This document shows positions 24,217-36,176 of a stretch of 64,000 bases of DNA, one piece after another. The DNA is from Rozella allomycis CSF55 (Eukaryota), in contig KE560848.1 in the NCBI GenBank assembly GCA_000442015.1, positions 157,389-221,388 of the forward strand, given 5' to 3'. Position 1 is the stretch's first letter. Every line of letters starts with the position of its first letter. The translations under genes and the position numbers were made by a program. The notes beneath the pieces were generated by a model. That model was not told where the DNA came from. It worked only from the letters and a program-made list of their open reading frames with translations, and searched no databases.

Positions 24217-25739
24217 TTATTTAAACGAAGTGTGTTTAACTATGGCTCGATTTTTGCATTTTTGAGAACACGCGATTCTTGAAAAAGGAATTGGAATAGA
24301 CCTTTGATCAACTTTAATTTTCAAAATGATTTTCATTGGCTTGTGCACAAAGCATTTGCAACAAATGTGGCATACGTTCAGTTCTTTAAAATGCATTTTA
24401 CTCAAATAATTCAAATCCATTGAACTGTCTAACAATTCTTGGACACCTCTCGGCTCCAGCGTTTTCGCCACACTACTGGCTGCCAACTTTGCAAGGGAAT
24501 TATGAAGCGAATTGAAATTTTCACCTTTCAGTTTTAGAGGATTTCCTTGTATTTGCCAATCAGATATTGGTAATTGTAGTAAGCCATAGTCAATATGTTC
24601 AATTAAGTTTTCTGAACAATAAAAGTGGCGCAGACTCGACTTGACAGATGAGAAGCTGTTTAGATTCCAAGACTCGGGGACTTTTATTTCTTTTATTTTA
24701 TTGTTTCTAATATTCAGATACATTAATTTTGGTAGTAAAAATGTTTCTTCTGGTAAAATACACAAAGAGTTTGATGAAACATCAATTTTTTCTAATCCAA
24801 TCATACTCTTAATCCATGAATCTAAGACTTCAAGTTCATTACTATTAAAAACCACAAAAAATATTACTCAAAGACGGGAAGTATTTTAAGAGACGTCAAT
24901 TTTGATAAATCAGGCAATACTTGTAGCATATTATTGCTTAAACCAAGCTCCTCGACTTTACAAAGATTTGATATTTCTACTGGAAGACTCTTTAAACGAT
25001 TTCGACTTTTATTCAAATATCGAAATCTATTACCTTAAATTTAACCATTGAAGATTTGTGCAGTGCCCAATTTCTCGAGGAATTTCTTCAATTTGATTTT
25101 CGCTCAAATCCAGTTTGGTCAAGAGTTTCAAGTTTTTTATTTCCTTCGGTATCACCCTTATTTGGTTCCCGAATAATCCAAGTTTGTACAAACTGTTTAA
25201 CCTGGTAATACACAATGGAAAGTCTCGCAATAAACAATCGCTTATACCCAAGCTCGTTAAGCTTTCTAAATCTCCAAAAGAATCAGGGACTTCACTTAAG
25301 GGGTTGTGGGTGATGTCAAACCAAGTCAAGTCTTTTAATAAGCCGATTGAAGAAGGTAAAATAGTGATTCGATTTGAACCGCATCCCAATCTTTTTAGCT
25401 TCAATAAACCTCCTTGTATTTCAGGTAGCTCTGTCAATCCTAATTATGTGATAAATACTGTTTAATACTGTTGGAGGAAACATCTAACCAATGAATCTCT
25501 CGTTTCACTTCCAATAAAGATTGGGGAAATTCAGTAATACCCATGTTAGCAATATCAACGGAGACTGGTTCAAAAGTTTTTACCGCTTTCTTTGATCGCA
25601 ACGGGCGCGTAGCTCTGTGTATAGGATCCATTGAATCGTCTGTAAAGTCAGATATAACTCTAGCTTCATATTGCGATGAATATGCATGATTTAATCCATT
25701 TAATTCTTCGTCACCTAAAGCACTTTGAATATTCCCCAT
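24217..25739 (-). CDS. Leucine-rich repeat protein with C-terminal Cys cluster
   Basis: Many LxxLxLxxNxLxxLP repeats; MGNIQS start; SLAKLAASSV and CHIC...CSQKC tail. Confidence 0.8.
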
Positions 25740-26016
25740 TGCTTTATTATCTTCCAATGTAATATTTTCCGAGCATCGCAATTAAATTCACAGTAATAAA
25801 TTGTTTTTTGTCTTTAACTAATTCACGAAATAGTCAGCAAAAAATATATATCGCAGATTTCTTATTTCTGTCATCTAAATATGTAAAGTAAAATGGGGAA
25901 TCATAACTCTACCATCAAACATGACATTTGCATTACGAGGACAAAACGGATTTTAAAGCAAGTTAAGGCTTTGAACCTGAAACCTGAACCTTATCTATTC
26001 TGGAAACTTTGGAATA

Positions 26017-26616
26017 ATGGAGAGTAATGATCCTCCGGATTATATAACTATCGTCGACGAAAAAACAAGCAAAAGAAGTTTTATTTGTCCTATATGTCAA
26101 GTTTCATTCCTTAGATCTAGCCATGCTAGACGACACATATTATCTATCCATTTCCCTGAAAAGCAACATGTTTGTAATATCTGCAATAGAAAATTCGCAC
26201 GAGCAGACAATTTACGGCAGCATTCAAAGATACATGAAGAGAATTTCGTCCCGAAAAAAGTTAAACGGAACGTTGAATGCACTCTTTGTGGTAAACACTT
26301 CCCCACGCCCTCTCACGTGATAAGGCATATGCGGATACACACAGGTGAAAAACCATTCGAGTGCGGTATTTGCAAAAAGCGATTTACAAGGAAAGATAAT
26401 CTCAATCAACACGAAAAAATTCATTTTCGAGATAATCCAAGGTCACATTTTTCTAAGGAGCTTGAAATTGCGCTTTCGGCTACTCATTCTGACCCATTGC
26501 CTTTATCCAGTCATCAAAGTGATATGCATCCGGAACACTTAAAGACAGCGATGTGGAGCCAACAAGTGTTAAGCTCAGACAAAGAGTCCACTGTTTATAA
26601 TATTTTTGATGTTTAA
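26017..26616 (+). CDS. C2H2 zinc-finger transcription factor (4 fingers)
   Basis: Four CxxC..H..H fingers with HTGEKPFEC linker. Confidence 0.9.
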   Translation: MESNDPPDYITIVDEKTSKRSFICPICQVSFLRSSHARRHILSIHFPEKQHVCNICNRKFARADNLRQHSKIHEENFVPKKVKRNVECTLCGKHFPTPSHVIRHMRIHTGEKPFECGICKKRFTRKDNLNQHEKIHFRDNPRSHFSKELEIALSATHSDPLPLSSHQSDMHPEHLKTAMWSQQVLSSDKESTVYNIFDV

Positions 26617-26631
26617 ATTAAATAAATTTAT

Positions 26632-27216
26632 TTATAGGATTTTTTTCTTGATTGCATTTACATCGTAGGGAATGAACTTTAGTTCCTTTTTCCTATTCTT
26701 ATACTTTATTGGTACATTTCGAGGAATCTTTTCAATTTCAAAATCGGAACTAACTGGGGCACCTGAATAGGACTTTCTTCTTGAGTAGTACATATTTTTG
26801 TTGCACTTGGCGGGCTTCGAATTGTGGGACTTGGAAGGCAAAAAGGGTGGGGGAAGTTGCAATGACTGTTGTGAAAAATTAAAAGACATAAGCATAGGCT
26901 CTTCAAAAGAACGTGTCTCGTCGGACATTATAGAACTAGCGGAACCTTCCCTAGTCAATGTAGGGGTAGATCTTGGGGATATTAGAAAGGAACTATTCAG
27001 TTTCTCTAAAGCATTAAAGGGTTCTGAAAGTTCAGGACAGGAAGAGCGTCGTATTTGGATGTGCATATCATCCGATTTTGAATTAATGGACAACGGTGAA
27101 ACAGCAGGTGGAGTCATTAACATTGGAAACGCATCTTGAATAGGAGATTGTCCTTTTTCTTGTGCAATGGACACCGAGGCAAGGAGGTATAACGGGTTGA
27201 GGTCTACGGTGTTCAT
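26632..27216 (-). CDS. Ser/Pro-rich hypothetical protein
   Basis: 194-aa ORF with AATAAA-like end; no family recognised. Confidence 0.6.
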   Translation of the reverse strand: MNTVDLNPLYLLASVSIAQEKGQSPIQDAFPMLMTPPAVSPLSINSKSDDMHIQIRRSSCPELSEPFNALEKLNSSFLISPRSTPTLTREGSASSIMSDETRSFEEPMLMSFNFSQQSLQLPPPFLPSKSHNSKPAKCNKNMYYSRRKSYSGAPVSSDFEIEKIPRNVPIKYKNRKKELKFIPYDVNAIKKKIL

Positions 27217-27438
27217 TACTGCTTAATTGATTGGTATTGTTACCAAGCCACTAACATATTTGCCTCTTTAGGATCCTTGACAGCGGAGTTATAATAGTAA
27301 TAGAAGAATAAAGTTGGACAGATATGTGTAAAAAAATTAACTTTTATGCATAATCTAAACAATTAATCATGGAAATGCTTAATATCATTTCATATCTTAC
27401 AATAAGCCACAATTGTGGACGAAAAATAGAATAAAGGA

Positions 27439-28401
27439 ATGGAAAATCTCCCTAAAAAAATCACCACTTCGTTGGTCTGTGAGGCCCCCTTTATAATACC
27501 AGATGTAATAAAAAACAGCGCGTGTCTTGTGGGAGTTGACGAAGCAGGCCGAGGTAAATTAATTTAGAGTATCAAATAATAGGACCTGTGTTAGGTAAAA
27601 TTTCTAGACAAAGTTTATAGGTCCTATGGTCTATTCCGTATTCGTTTGTGCCTTGGATGAGGAAGAAAGCTTGAAGCAACAGCCATTTGCAGACTCCAAG
27701 ACTCTTTCTGAAAAAGAAAGAGATGATATTTACAACAACTGTGTAGAAAATGAGTCATCAAAATTCTGGTGGGTTGTTAAAGTCTTAACACCCCAAGACA
27801 TTTCAAACTCCATGCTTCGAAGGTCCAAATATAATTTAAACGAATTATCGCATGATACAGTAATAGAATTATTTCGATATTTAATATCAAAAGGGATCAA
27901 TGTTAAAAAAGTAAAATTTTAATGTTCAATATACTGAAGGCATTTGTTGACACCGTTGGTGGTCCGGAATCGTACGAAAAGAAACTTTCATCATTTTTTC
28001 CAAACATTAAAATAACGGTTTCAAAAAAAGCTGATAGCATTTATCCCATTGTTTCAGGCGCTTCCATCGTAGCTAAAGTTACCAGGGATTACGTTCTTAA
28101 AAATTGGGTTATGAGAGAAAAAACACAAGTTTCGGACTTGTATGGAAGTGGCTATCCCGGGGACCCTAAAACCATTCAGTGGCTTCACGATTCAATGAAC
28201 CCTCTCTTTGGATTTCCGGATATTATTAGATTCAGCTGGGCAACGACCGCGAAATTATTGGATGAAAAATGCATCAAGGTTGAATGGCCACCCATTGAAG
28301 AGAATGAACCAAAAAAGAAAAAAGTGAAATCCACTGTGGTACAAATGGAAAAGTCTTATGAAGATCCCTTTCATGAATTTCTTGGTCTTTCCTTTACATA
28401 A
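27439..28401 (+). CDS. RNH201: Ribonuclease H2 catalytic subunit A
   Basis: GVDEAGRGPVLGPMV, DSKTL, FVDTVG, KADSIYPIVSGASIVAKVTRD, GSGYPGDP. Confidence 0.95.
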
Positions 28402-28429
28402 ATTTATTCAAAACTCTTTATTTGCTTTT

Positions 28430-29008
28430 TTACTCTTCATCATCTGTAAAATCATCAAAGTCGTCTTCATCTAAGCCATCCAATGACGTTTTCTTTTGAA
28501 ATTTTTCAACTAATTCTTTAAGTTCTTCTTCTGAAGTTATTTTTTCTTTCTGTCGCAAGAAAGACCTTTTGTCCCGCTCTTTTAATGAACATTCGAAATT
28601 TAGGGGAATCACGCTATCTTCTTCAAGTCTTTATTATACAAATAATATGTTTTACAATTCATTTTGCTCAAATCTCTCTAAACATTTGGCACAGATCTCT
28701 AGTTTAATCGAGCAATCTAGACATGCGACATGGTATGCCTCTTTCACTTTCTTCTCTTCACATTTAACACTACTAGAAGAAATAATTTATATATACCATT
28801 TCTTTGGAACACTCAAAGGCTTATATTTTCTATACTGCTTTCTCCACTCAATGATTTCACGACATCTTTCACAAACACCTTGCACCGGCAAGTTCAATAT
28901 TATTTTTGTAAGTTTACTGTTCCTGTTATGCTTAAATGCCGTAGTGTTTTTGTGCCTCTGAGACTTTTTCGAGTTATCTCCTTTCCGTGTAGAAATTTTT
29001 TCTACCAT
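28430..29008 (-). CDS. C9orf85/DUF2039-like Cys-rich protein
   Basis: QRHKNTTAFKHN...GVCERCREIIEWRKQYRKYKPL...AYHVAC..C. Confidence 0.8.
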
Positions 29009-29101
29009 ACCACAATACAAGGGTTAAAAAAATAACAAATTCAGATAAAATAATATATTTAAATAAATTGTTGCTCAATGCATTTTATAAGAGGTTAAAA
29101 A

Positions 29102-29112
29102 TTCCCGCCAAA
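29102..29112 (+). promoter_or_regulatory. E2F-consensus-like site TTCCCGCCAAA
   Basis: Exact sequence 4 nt before ATG 29117 in an otherwise AT-rich spacer. Confidence 0.4.
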
Positions 29113-29116
29113 TTTT

Positions 29117-30170
29117 ATGAAAAATACAAGAAAAAATGGCCAAAGCTCACTCTTTAATTTTGTAACGTAAAGACGTGAAAACATTATGATAGACCGAAGG
29201 ATAATATTTCGTACACATCAATGTCAAATTCATATAAACGAAATGTGTAAATCTTCTTGATTTTTAATAAAAAAGGCAAGAAGACGTATCCAATGATTTA
29301 ATAGAAAATATAATATCCGACTCTGAAGATGATGATCATGTATCAATGTTGAGCAGCTTGTTCAGCGCCTCTAAAAAGCTCAAACGAAAGAATCTTATCG
29401 TTTCTTCAAGCCCCGTGCGTGATATTCTTAAAGAAACATTGCAGTCGTCATCTAAAACGAATATACCTTTGGTGGACTTGTCAAATGATTTTTCAGACCA
29501 AGAAGAAATGACTCTTATTGACAAACCGATAAATTTAATGGATGATAATAAAGAAAACCACCAAAGTGAGTCCACTCCAACTTTAAGATTTATGAATGAA
29601 GCCATTCCTGAGAGTGATAATTTATCAGAAATTATCATTAAAAGTCCTATTCTTGGTCCCGAGTCTGTTATTCCGGGAACAGAACCTAATTTTTATGAGC
29701 GTAATTCTAGTCCGATACGTGGAGACGCCCACGAATTGAATTTCAAGACCCAAGGAATAGATACAACTCAAATTGATGAGTCTACGAAATTTTCTCTTTT
29801 AGATGAAGAAGATGAAGATAAAACACAAATCCCTCCAACTGATTACACACAAGAAGATAAACACGAATGCCCTTACTTTATAGAATCATGTACACAAGAC
29901 GATTATTATACAAGTTACTACCAAAAAGAAGAACCTTTATCACCCTTGCGAAGTTTTACTTCAGTGTCAACAATTCTCAATAACCCCCAAAGGTTTAGGG
30001 AATTGTCCTACATTTGCGGCCGTTTATCAAAAACAAAAGAATGTGAAGCAATCGATGCCGACGAATTTGTAAAAGAAGTGAACAAAAAAGCTTCTAGAGC
30101 ACAAAACTTCAAGGGTGGCAACAGTGGATGGAAAAAAAGACCCTTTAACAAGTTTAGAAAAAGAAAGTAG
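29117..30170 (+). CDS. Hypothetical acidic, disordered protein with basic C-terminal NLS-like tail
   Basis: MKNTRKNGQSSLFNF joined through 26- and 29-nt introns to the 274-aa ORF ending KKRPFNKFRKRK. Confidence 0.65.
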
Positions 30171-30312
30171 AATCCCGCAAAATAATTCAATTAAATACAA
30201 ATTATATATATATGAACAAATAAATGCATTAAAGTTTGTATCTTTTAATTTAGATTTAATCAATTACCGATGCTTCAACCTTCCAATGTCCCTGGTAAAT
30301 GGTAAATGGCAT

Positions 30313-31598
30313 CATGTCTAAACATTTCCCCTCTTCTTCTTCAATGTCTTTCTACATTAAGAAGACGAAATCTTTATATGTTTCTCTGATATGCCTTTAC
30401 CTTTCAATAAGCATCCTTCTCCTTACTAATTATAGTAATAACGAACCATATACTTCAAATGTGAAAATCCAGTCTCGAGAATGCAAAGTTCTCAATAATA
30501 CTATAATCCCTCAGCATTCATGTAATTGGAATGTGCTTGTTGAATCCGATGGCGATTTGTACAGATTCGATGACAATATCTGNATTTATAAATCGAAATA
30601 CTTTTATTTGCATATTATACGGCAATAATGTCTACATTGCAAATGAGTTTTATCAACGAATTCAGATCAAGTAATTTTGTATTTCTACTTTTAAAGATTG
30701 ATTTACGCTGGTTTGATACCTCTGCTTTTTCTTATATTGGCTTTAACGTCTATGCATTACTTTTTATGCTCTTTGTTTCCCATAATCTATTCGAAAAGAA
30801 TGTTCCACCATACTAAATGCAGAAATTGTTTATCAGATATTATAACAAATGCCGTAACCACGAATTATTATTCTTCGTATCACCTTGATTGCTTCTTGAG
30901 TGAAGTAGACCTTGCTGAGCATGATGTTAGCCAGCGTAAGCTATGTTTTTAGTCTGCCTTTAGTCATTGAATATTTTATCGCTAATGGGGAAACTTTGGA
31001 AGATGAAGTAACTATAATTTTAAGGTTAGAAAACAACATTATAACAATCAAGCCAAAAGAAATGACGATACAAGTGCAGAGCTGGCCATTGCACACATTT
31101 AAACCTCTTGAGTTTTCAAAATGGTTATTAATATTTAATTCATTATTTATTTGCATTAAGCCCATCTTTTTCACTATTCATCAGCTTTCAATATTTTTAG
31201 TTCCATTGATGTTTTACCTTTTCTTCTATATATATCAATGGAATAGAAAATTAGAGTGCATTTTTCAATTTCAAGGCAATGATCGCAACTCCTCCAAGAC
31301 GATTTTCCAGTCATCCAAGTTTCCAGCCCTTGTTTCGGATCAGAGAAAATCTGATAATAATACTACCACTTGGTTTTTCAGAAGAAGACAAGATTCATGT
31401 TTTAGCAATCTCATTTATTTGGATGTATTTTATGAAAATAGATGGCAATTGGTGGCTTCATCGTTCTCATTTTATTCTTTATCTTTAGTGGAGCATTTGA
31501 CATTAGTCATGTTGAAGTTAAGTGAAAATTGTGAATCTTACAAATATCTCTTGAATAGTCACTCTTTTCCCGAAATAAATGACGTTGAATTTGTTTAA
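30313..31598 (+). CDS. Hypothetical multipass membrane protein (N at 30583; exon structure uncertain)
   Basis: Hydrophobic segments in successive ORFs linked by GT-AG micro-introns. Confidence 0.45.
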
Positions 31599-31627
31599 AT
31601 TTCTCACTTAGATTTTGATTTTTCGTT

Positions 31628-32062
31628 ATGCAAGAAGAGCTTCAGACTATTGTTTCTTCATATCAAGACCTTCAAAAGGGTTCCTTATTTCTTGAATTTA
31701 AATTTAGAGTCAAATAAAGCGATTTCTACGAGAGAAAAACTGGAAGCGCAACTAAGAGAAAATGAAGCCGTTTTGGCAGTATGAATTTTAAGTAATTTAC
31801 ACCAGGAATTAAAGTTGATCAAAGATGGGAATAAAGTTTTTAAAATTGTCGGACCAGTTTTGATTGATCAGGAGCTGGATGAGGCGAAAACGACCATTTC
31901 TAAAAGATTAGAATTTATTAACAAAGAAATCAAAAGAGCTGAAGGCGTTATTAAAACTGTGCAAAAGAAACAACAAGATACAGCTGCTAAGGTAAGGCGA
32001 TGTCTTCAAAAGAATAGTTAATGGAATTACAAAAGAAACAGCAACAAGGAAGTCAAAAGTAA
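31628..32062 (+). CDS. YKE2: Prefoldin subunit 6
   Basis: KLEAQLRENEAV..EL...VFKIVGPVLIDQELDEAKTTISKRLEFI. Confidence 0.9.
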
Positions 32063-32079
32063 TGTAAAAATAAATCTAT

Positions 32080-32764
32080 TTATGTACTTTCCAATAACTT
32101 TTGCCGTTCTATAACCATTTGATCGAATTTAATGAGGTATGTTGTCCGATTAGGGAACCCTTCAATGGGGACTGTATGGGCACTAACTTTACAAGGCTAA
32201 TTATGAATCAATAGAACGTTTTTACAAAATTAGCTCCTTCCAAAATAGATTCAATAATTCCAGCCATGATAGCTCCACAATTTAATTGATGCAAGTCTTT
32301 GGGCATAGAAATAAATCTATGAGTCCAGGGATCATTGTCGGTGATCATATCTATTGTCTAAGCATAAACCACAATACATTCGTCTTCATTTTCTGTACTT
32401 TTTTCCAGTGAATCCGCCGGTTTACCACTTAGGCTCTTCCAGATCAGCGTATTTATAAATGACAATAGTGGTATAATCCTGTTTTCTCTTCTAATGGTGA
32501 GTTTATCTCGCCAGTAGAAAATTTCAATGTACCTGATACCAATATTTTTGCCAAAGTTATTCAAACTAATGAGTTACGACAAATATTTATACCGTTTTTC
32601 GAAATCTTGAATGCCACTTACACGTTTCTGAACATACTGAACCATTTCAGAAAATAGAAACGCGTACGATGAAAGATTCACCTCTTAAAAATTAATACGC
32701 TGATTACTTCATTCTTGCTTGTTTTATTGATAGGCCTTTCCAACAATTTAAGACTTCTGTCCAT
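32080..32764 (-). CDS. TRS31: TRAPP subunit Trs31/TRAPPC5
   Basis: [51 protein letters not shown]. Confidence 0.92.
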
Positions 32765-32798
32765 CAATGAATAGGAACAAACCAAGCCCCACATTTCC

Positions 32799-33233
32799 AT
32801 GTCATCAATTAGTCCTGTCAGGTTAGCACAACTTCATGCTTTGAGATGCAAAGTCCGACAAGAAATTAATTGGCAAGAGTTAAATCCTAATGGTATTAGA
32901 ACAGGAGAAAGATTTATTTGTCGAAATTTGCTGGGGAGGTATGTTAATCATTTTCATCCAGCGTATGCACCGCATGCTAATAAAAATTTCAAAAATGTAT
33001 GGATGAATTACTCGCCACCGGAAGAGGACTTATTGCCAGAAGAAAACGTTGCATTGGCAAAGAGGAAACTGGCAGAGACTGATTACACAAATTTACCTCA
33101 CGATTTACATCAAATAGTCAAACTTAATAGGGAAAGAAGGTTTGAATTAAGAGGAAAAGGGATTTTTCGATTTCCCGTAGGTAATTGATACCATCTGACT
33201 TGTAAAATAGGTGAAAAGAGAAAAAAGAAATAA
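32799..33233 (+). CDS. RSM27: Mitochondrial ribosomal small subunit mS33/Rsm27-like
   Basis: RL..L.C.V....LNPNGIRTGERF..RNL.G..V..F.P and late RGKG. Confidence 0.6.
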
Positions 33234-33305
33234 AAACTGATTTCATAAATGTTATTGTTTGATTGAAAAAGAAATAAAATTAAAATCATAAATTGTTCTC
33301 GTTTA

Positions 33306-34553
33306 TTAGTACCCTTGATTAGCCCATTGTGCCGCGGCTGCTTGTTGTTGAATATTCCAGGCCACAGCATGATAATCAGCATAGTAACTGTTTGGATCAT
33401 AACTCCCAATGGCATCATCGCCACCGTAAGGCATAAGAGTTGGATCCCATTGAATCGGTTGAGACATCTGATGCCAGGGGGCTTGGCTTGTTTGATTTTG
33501 AGAAATGTTAATGACTTGCTTTTCCTCTTCTTTAGTTCCCAACTCATTTAAAAATGACGCATATTCACGGTCTATTTGTTGACTCTTTTGAATGTACTGT
33601 GGATCATTTCTATGAACGCAATCCTTGGACAGGTGTCCGACGCTGCCACATATGCGACAAGCCACATTGCCGGCGACGGTACTTCTTTCTGGACATTCAA
33701 AACGACGGTGCCCGGCCATTCCACAATTGGAACAAACAATATCATTCTCAGCTTCACGTGCTCCACCATTGATAATAGCCAATTTTCTAAGCTGAATCTT
33801 TTTCAACTCTGTGTCTCCAACAGACGCAGACGAAGAAATAATTCTTAGAACCATTTTAGCGGCCTTTGCCACCTTATCTTCAGTATCCGCAGTTATGTAA
33901 CAATGTAAATCATCGTCGTCATCATCTTCAGGGCGAACTTTGCCTGAATATTAGAAATTTTATTATCAAACCTTCTTTGTGAGATCCTTTTCCTCTAATG
34001 GATAGTTTAGCACCACTGGCATTTTCCATGTCCTTCAACGTGGTACCTCTTGGTCCAATCAGTAATCCAATAAAATTTATTTCAGGATAATCTTTAGCAG
34101 GAATATAAATGCGATCAGAGCTATTTAATGGGCAAAAGATGTAATACCTGACTCCTTTTCTATCCTGGTTAAATTCAGGGTGATTTCTAACTGCGTCATC
34201 AACAAGTTTTCTTCTTTCAGTTTCCAATTTTTGCCTTTGTCTTGCTTCTCTAGTGTTTATGCGTCTTCCGTGTTCATCAAAAACTGGTTCCGGTGAAGGT
34301 GAACGTGCACGAATATGTGGCAGTTCCCTAGTTCTAAGCTTGTGCTGTATTTCCCTTTTAAAAAATAATATATAAAGTACTCCATTCTGTAAAAGAAACA
34401 ATACGCTTCTAGTTGCGACTTTGTCAAATTTGTTGGTAAAATGGTTGGATACTTGTCAAAAAGAGTACTCTTTTCAAGAATAAACTTGTTTTTTCGTTTT
34501 CTACTCTTTGTTTCTTCCACTGGTTGGTCTTCAAATCTTCTTCTTCTTTGCAT
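33306..34553 (-). CDS. MSL5: Branchpoint-bridging protein SF1/BBP
   Basis: RSPSPEP, NTREAR, KH domain YPEINFIGLLIGPRGTTLK, two CCHC knuckles. Confidence 0.95.
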
Positions 34554-34679
34554 CGTTCGTGAAATTTCCCCAAATGGGCAGCAAGAGTTTTTATAACTTA
34601 AACAACAACTTGGATGTATAAGAGAATAAAAAATAAAAATAAAATTATACCCGCTTAAAGGTTTATGTTAAATTTTTAT

Positions 34680-36070
34680 TTATGCATGCTTTGATTCTAA
34701 CGCGTCAGGGTGAGACGGAAAAATAATTTCCAACAATTTTTGCTTCATATTTGCAATATTGTCACGTTCGGGACTGTTAAAGAATTATTGAAAGTGTTAC
34801 TGATAATGATTGAACTGAAAATTGTTATCTCCTACAGGGTGAAAAAAATGAGGTTGGTATTCAACATCTTCGGCTTCTCTTAACTTGCGCTGTTCTCTTT
34901 GGACGTTTTCTATTAAAGTTTTCTCATTGGTGGCTGCGTCGTAATCCTTTCTCAATAGAGACGAAGTGACTTTGCTCCAAAGTCTATTATCTAATTTAAA
35001 GAAAGAGCATTTACCTTCTTGATTCGTTTTCTGATTGTTTTTCTTCATCTTGGACGATTTTAGGTTGAATCCTGCTTTCCGCGGAACTGAAAAATATTTC
35101 CTTGGAAATTTCAGTTTTCCCTTCCATCTTGTGAAGATAAATGACGTCAGTCCATTTTCCGCTTATTTGATAAATAACTTTTCCTTCTTTATTTTTAATT
35201 TTCCCCTGAATAGCATTGTGAGATCCAGAGAAAAACCCCTGTGATTTTTGACGCGTAAATTTACTTTTGTTTTAAACTCAATCTCACAGCAGAGTCCAGT
35301 GGCTTCGCATTTGATCGTCGCATTGTCCCCAAGTTCCATGCTCATAGTCCCAAAAAGAATGCCCCTAGCATACATGTTCGGCATTGTAATCACATAAACT
35401 TCATTGGGTATATTTCCAAAGTAAATATAGGATTCCCCATTCATCAAACTAGCCGCCTATAAAGACATCAATCATGAACATACTGAATTCCCTAAAAATT
35501 TAGATTTTGGTTTAACATTTCCAGTTATTACTAAATTCCTATCCGGGTTCGCGTAAAAGTAGGTTGAAACTGGCGGATGATGAGAGCACTGCTCGGCTAA
35601 ATAAAACGCACTGCTTCCGTCTTCCAACTTGTATTTGCATCGAAAAATTTCCCCCAAAACGGGATTGTACGGCTTTTTAACACCCTTTGAGAATATGTGT
35701 GCATTGGACTTACCTTTTTTTATTAGTACAAAAATATCTCACCTTTGGCCTAATATGCCATCCAGATAGAAAATAACGAACAACTTGGATAAATCTTTGT
35801 ATCGGATCTTGCTCAACCGATGTGCTTAACAATACCCACACATAATATTTACTTTAACAAGAATTCAGGATGTGACATAAAATCTGTTATACGCTCTAGC
35901 ATTGATCGTGGCTCTAGGATAAATACAGGCAATGTAACACGATGCAAATCCATCCCTTTGCTCAATTGCGATATAATACCAAGCAGAATGCTTTTTGGCT
36001 CATCATCTAAAACTTCGTCGATACTCTTAAAAGATTCCGATGCAGTATCGTTTTCTTTACCAGAAGACAT
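34680..36070 (-). CDS. OSH6: Oxysterol-binding protein homolog, Osh6/Osh7 type
   Basis: DLHRVTLPVFILEPRSMLER, SGWHIRPK|GVKKPYNPVLGE, EQCSHHPP, KSKFLGNS, ARGILFG. Confidence 0.9.
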
Positions 36071-36176
36071 TTCTAACCGTCGTGGCGTAGTAACAGAGTG
36101 CAATTCAACAAAAACGAAGATGAAAAATAAAGTGTTAATAGAGATCAATATTAAATTTTTATTCATATCATATTTC

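Noticed and set aside
30560-30700. Frame breaks in the membrane-protein gene suggesting a pseudogene
   Set aside because: An N at 30583 and micro-introns can explain them
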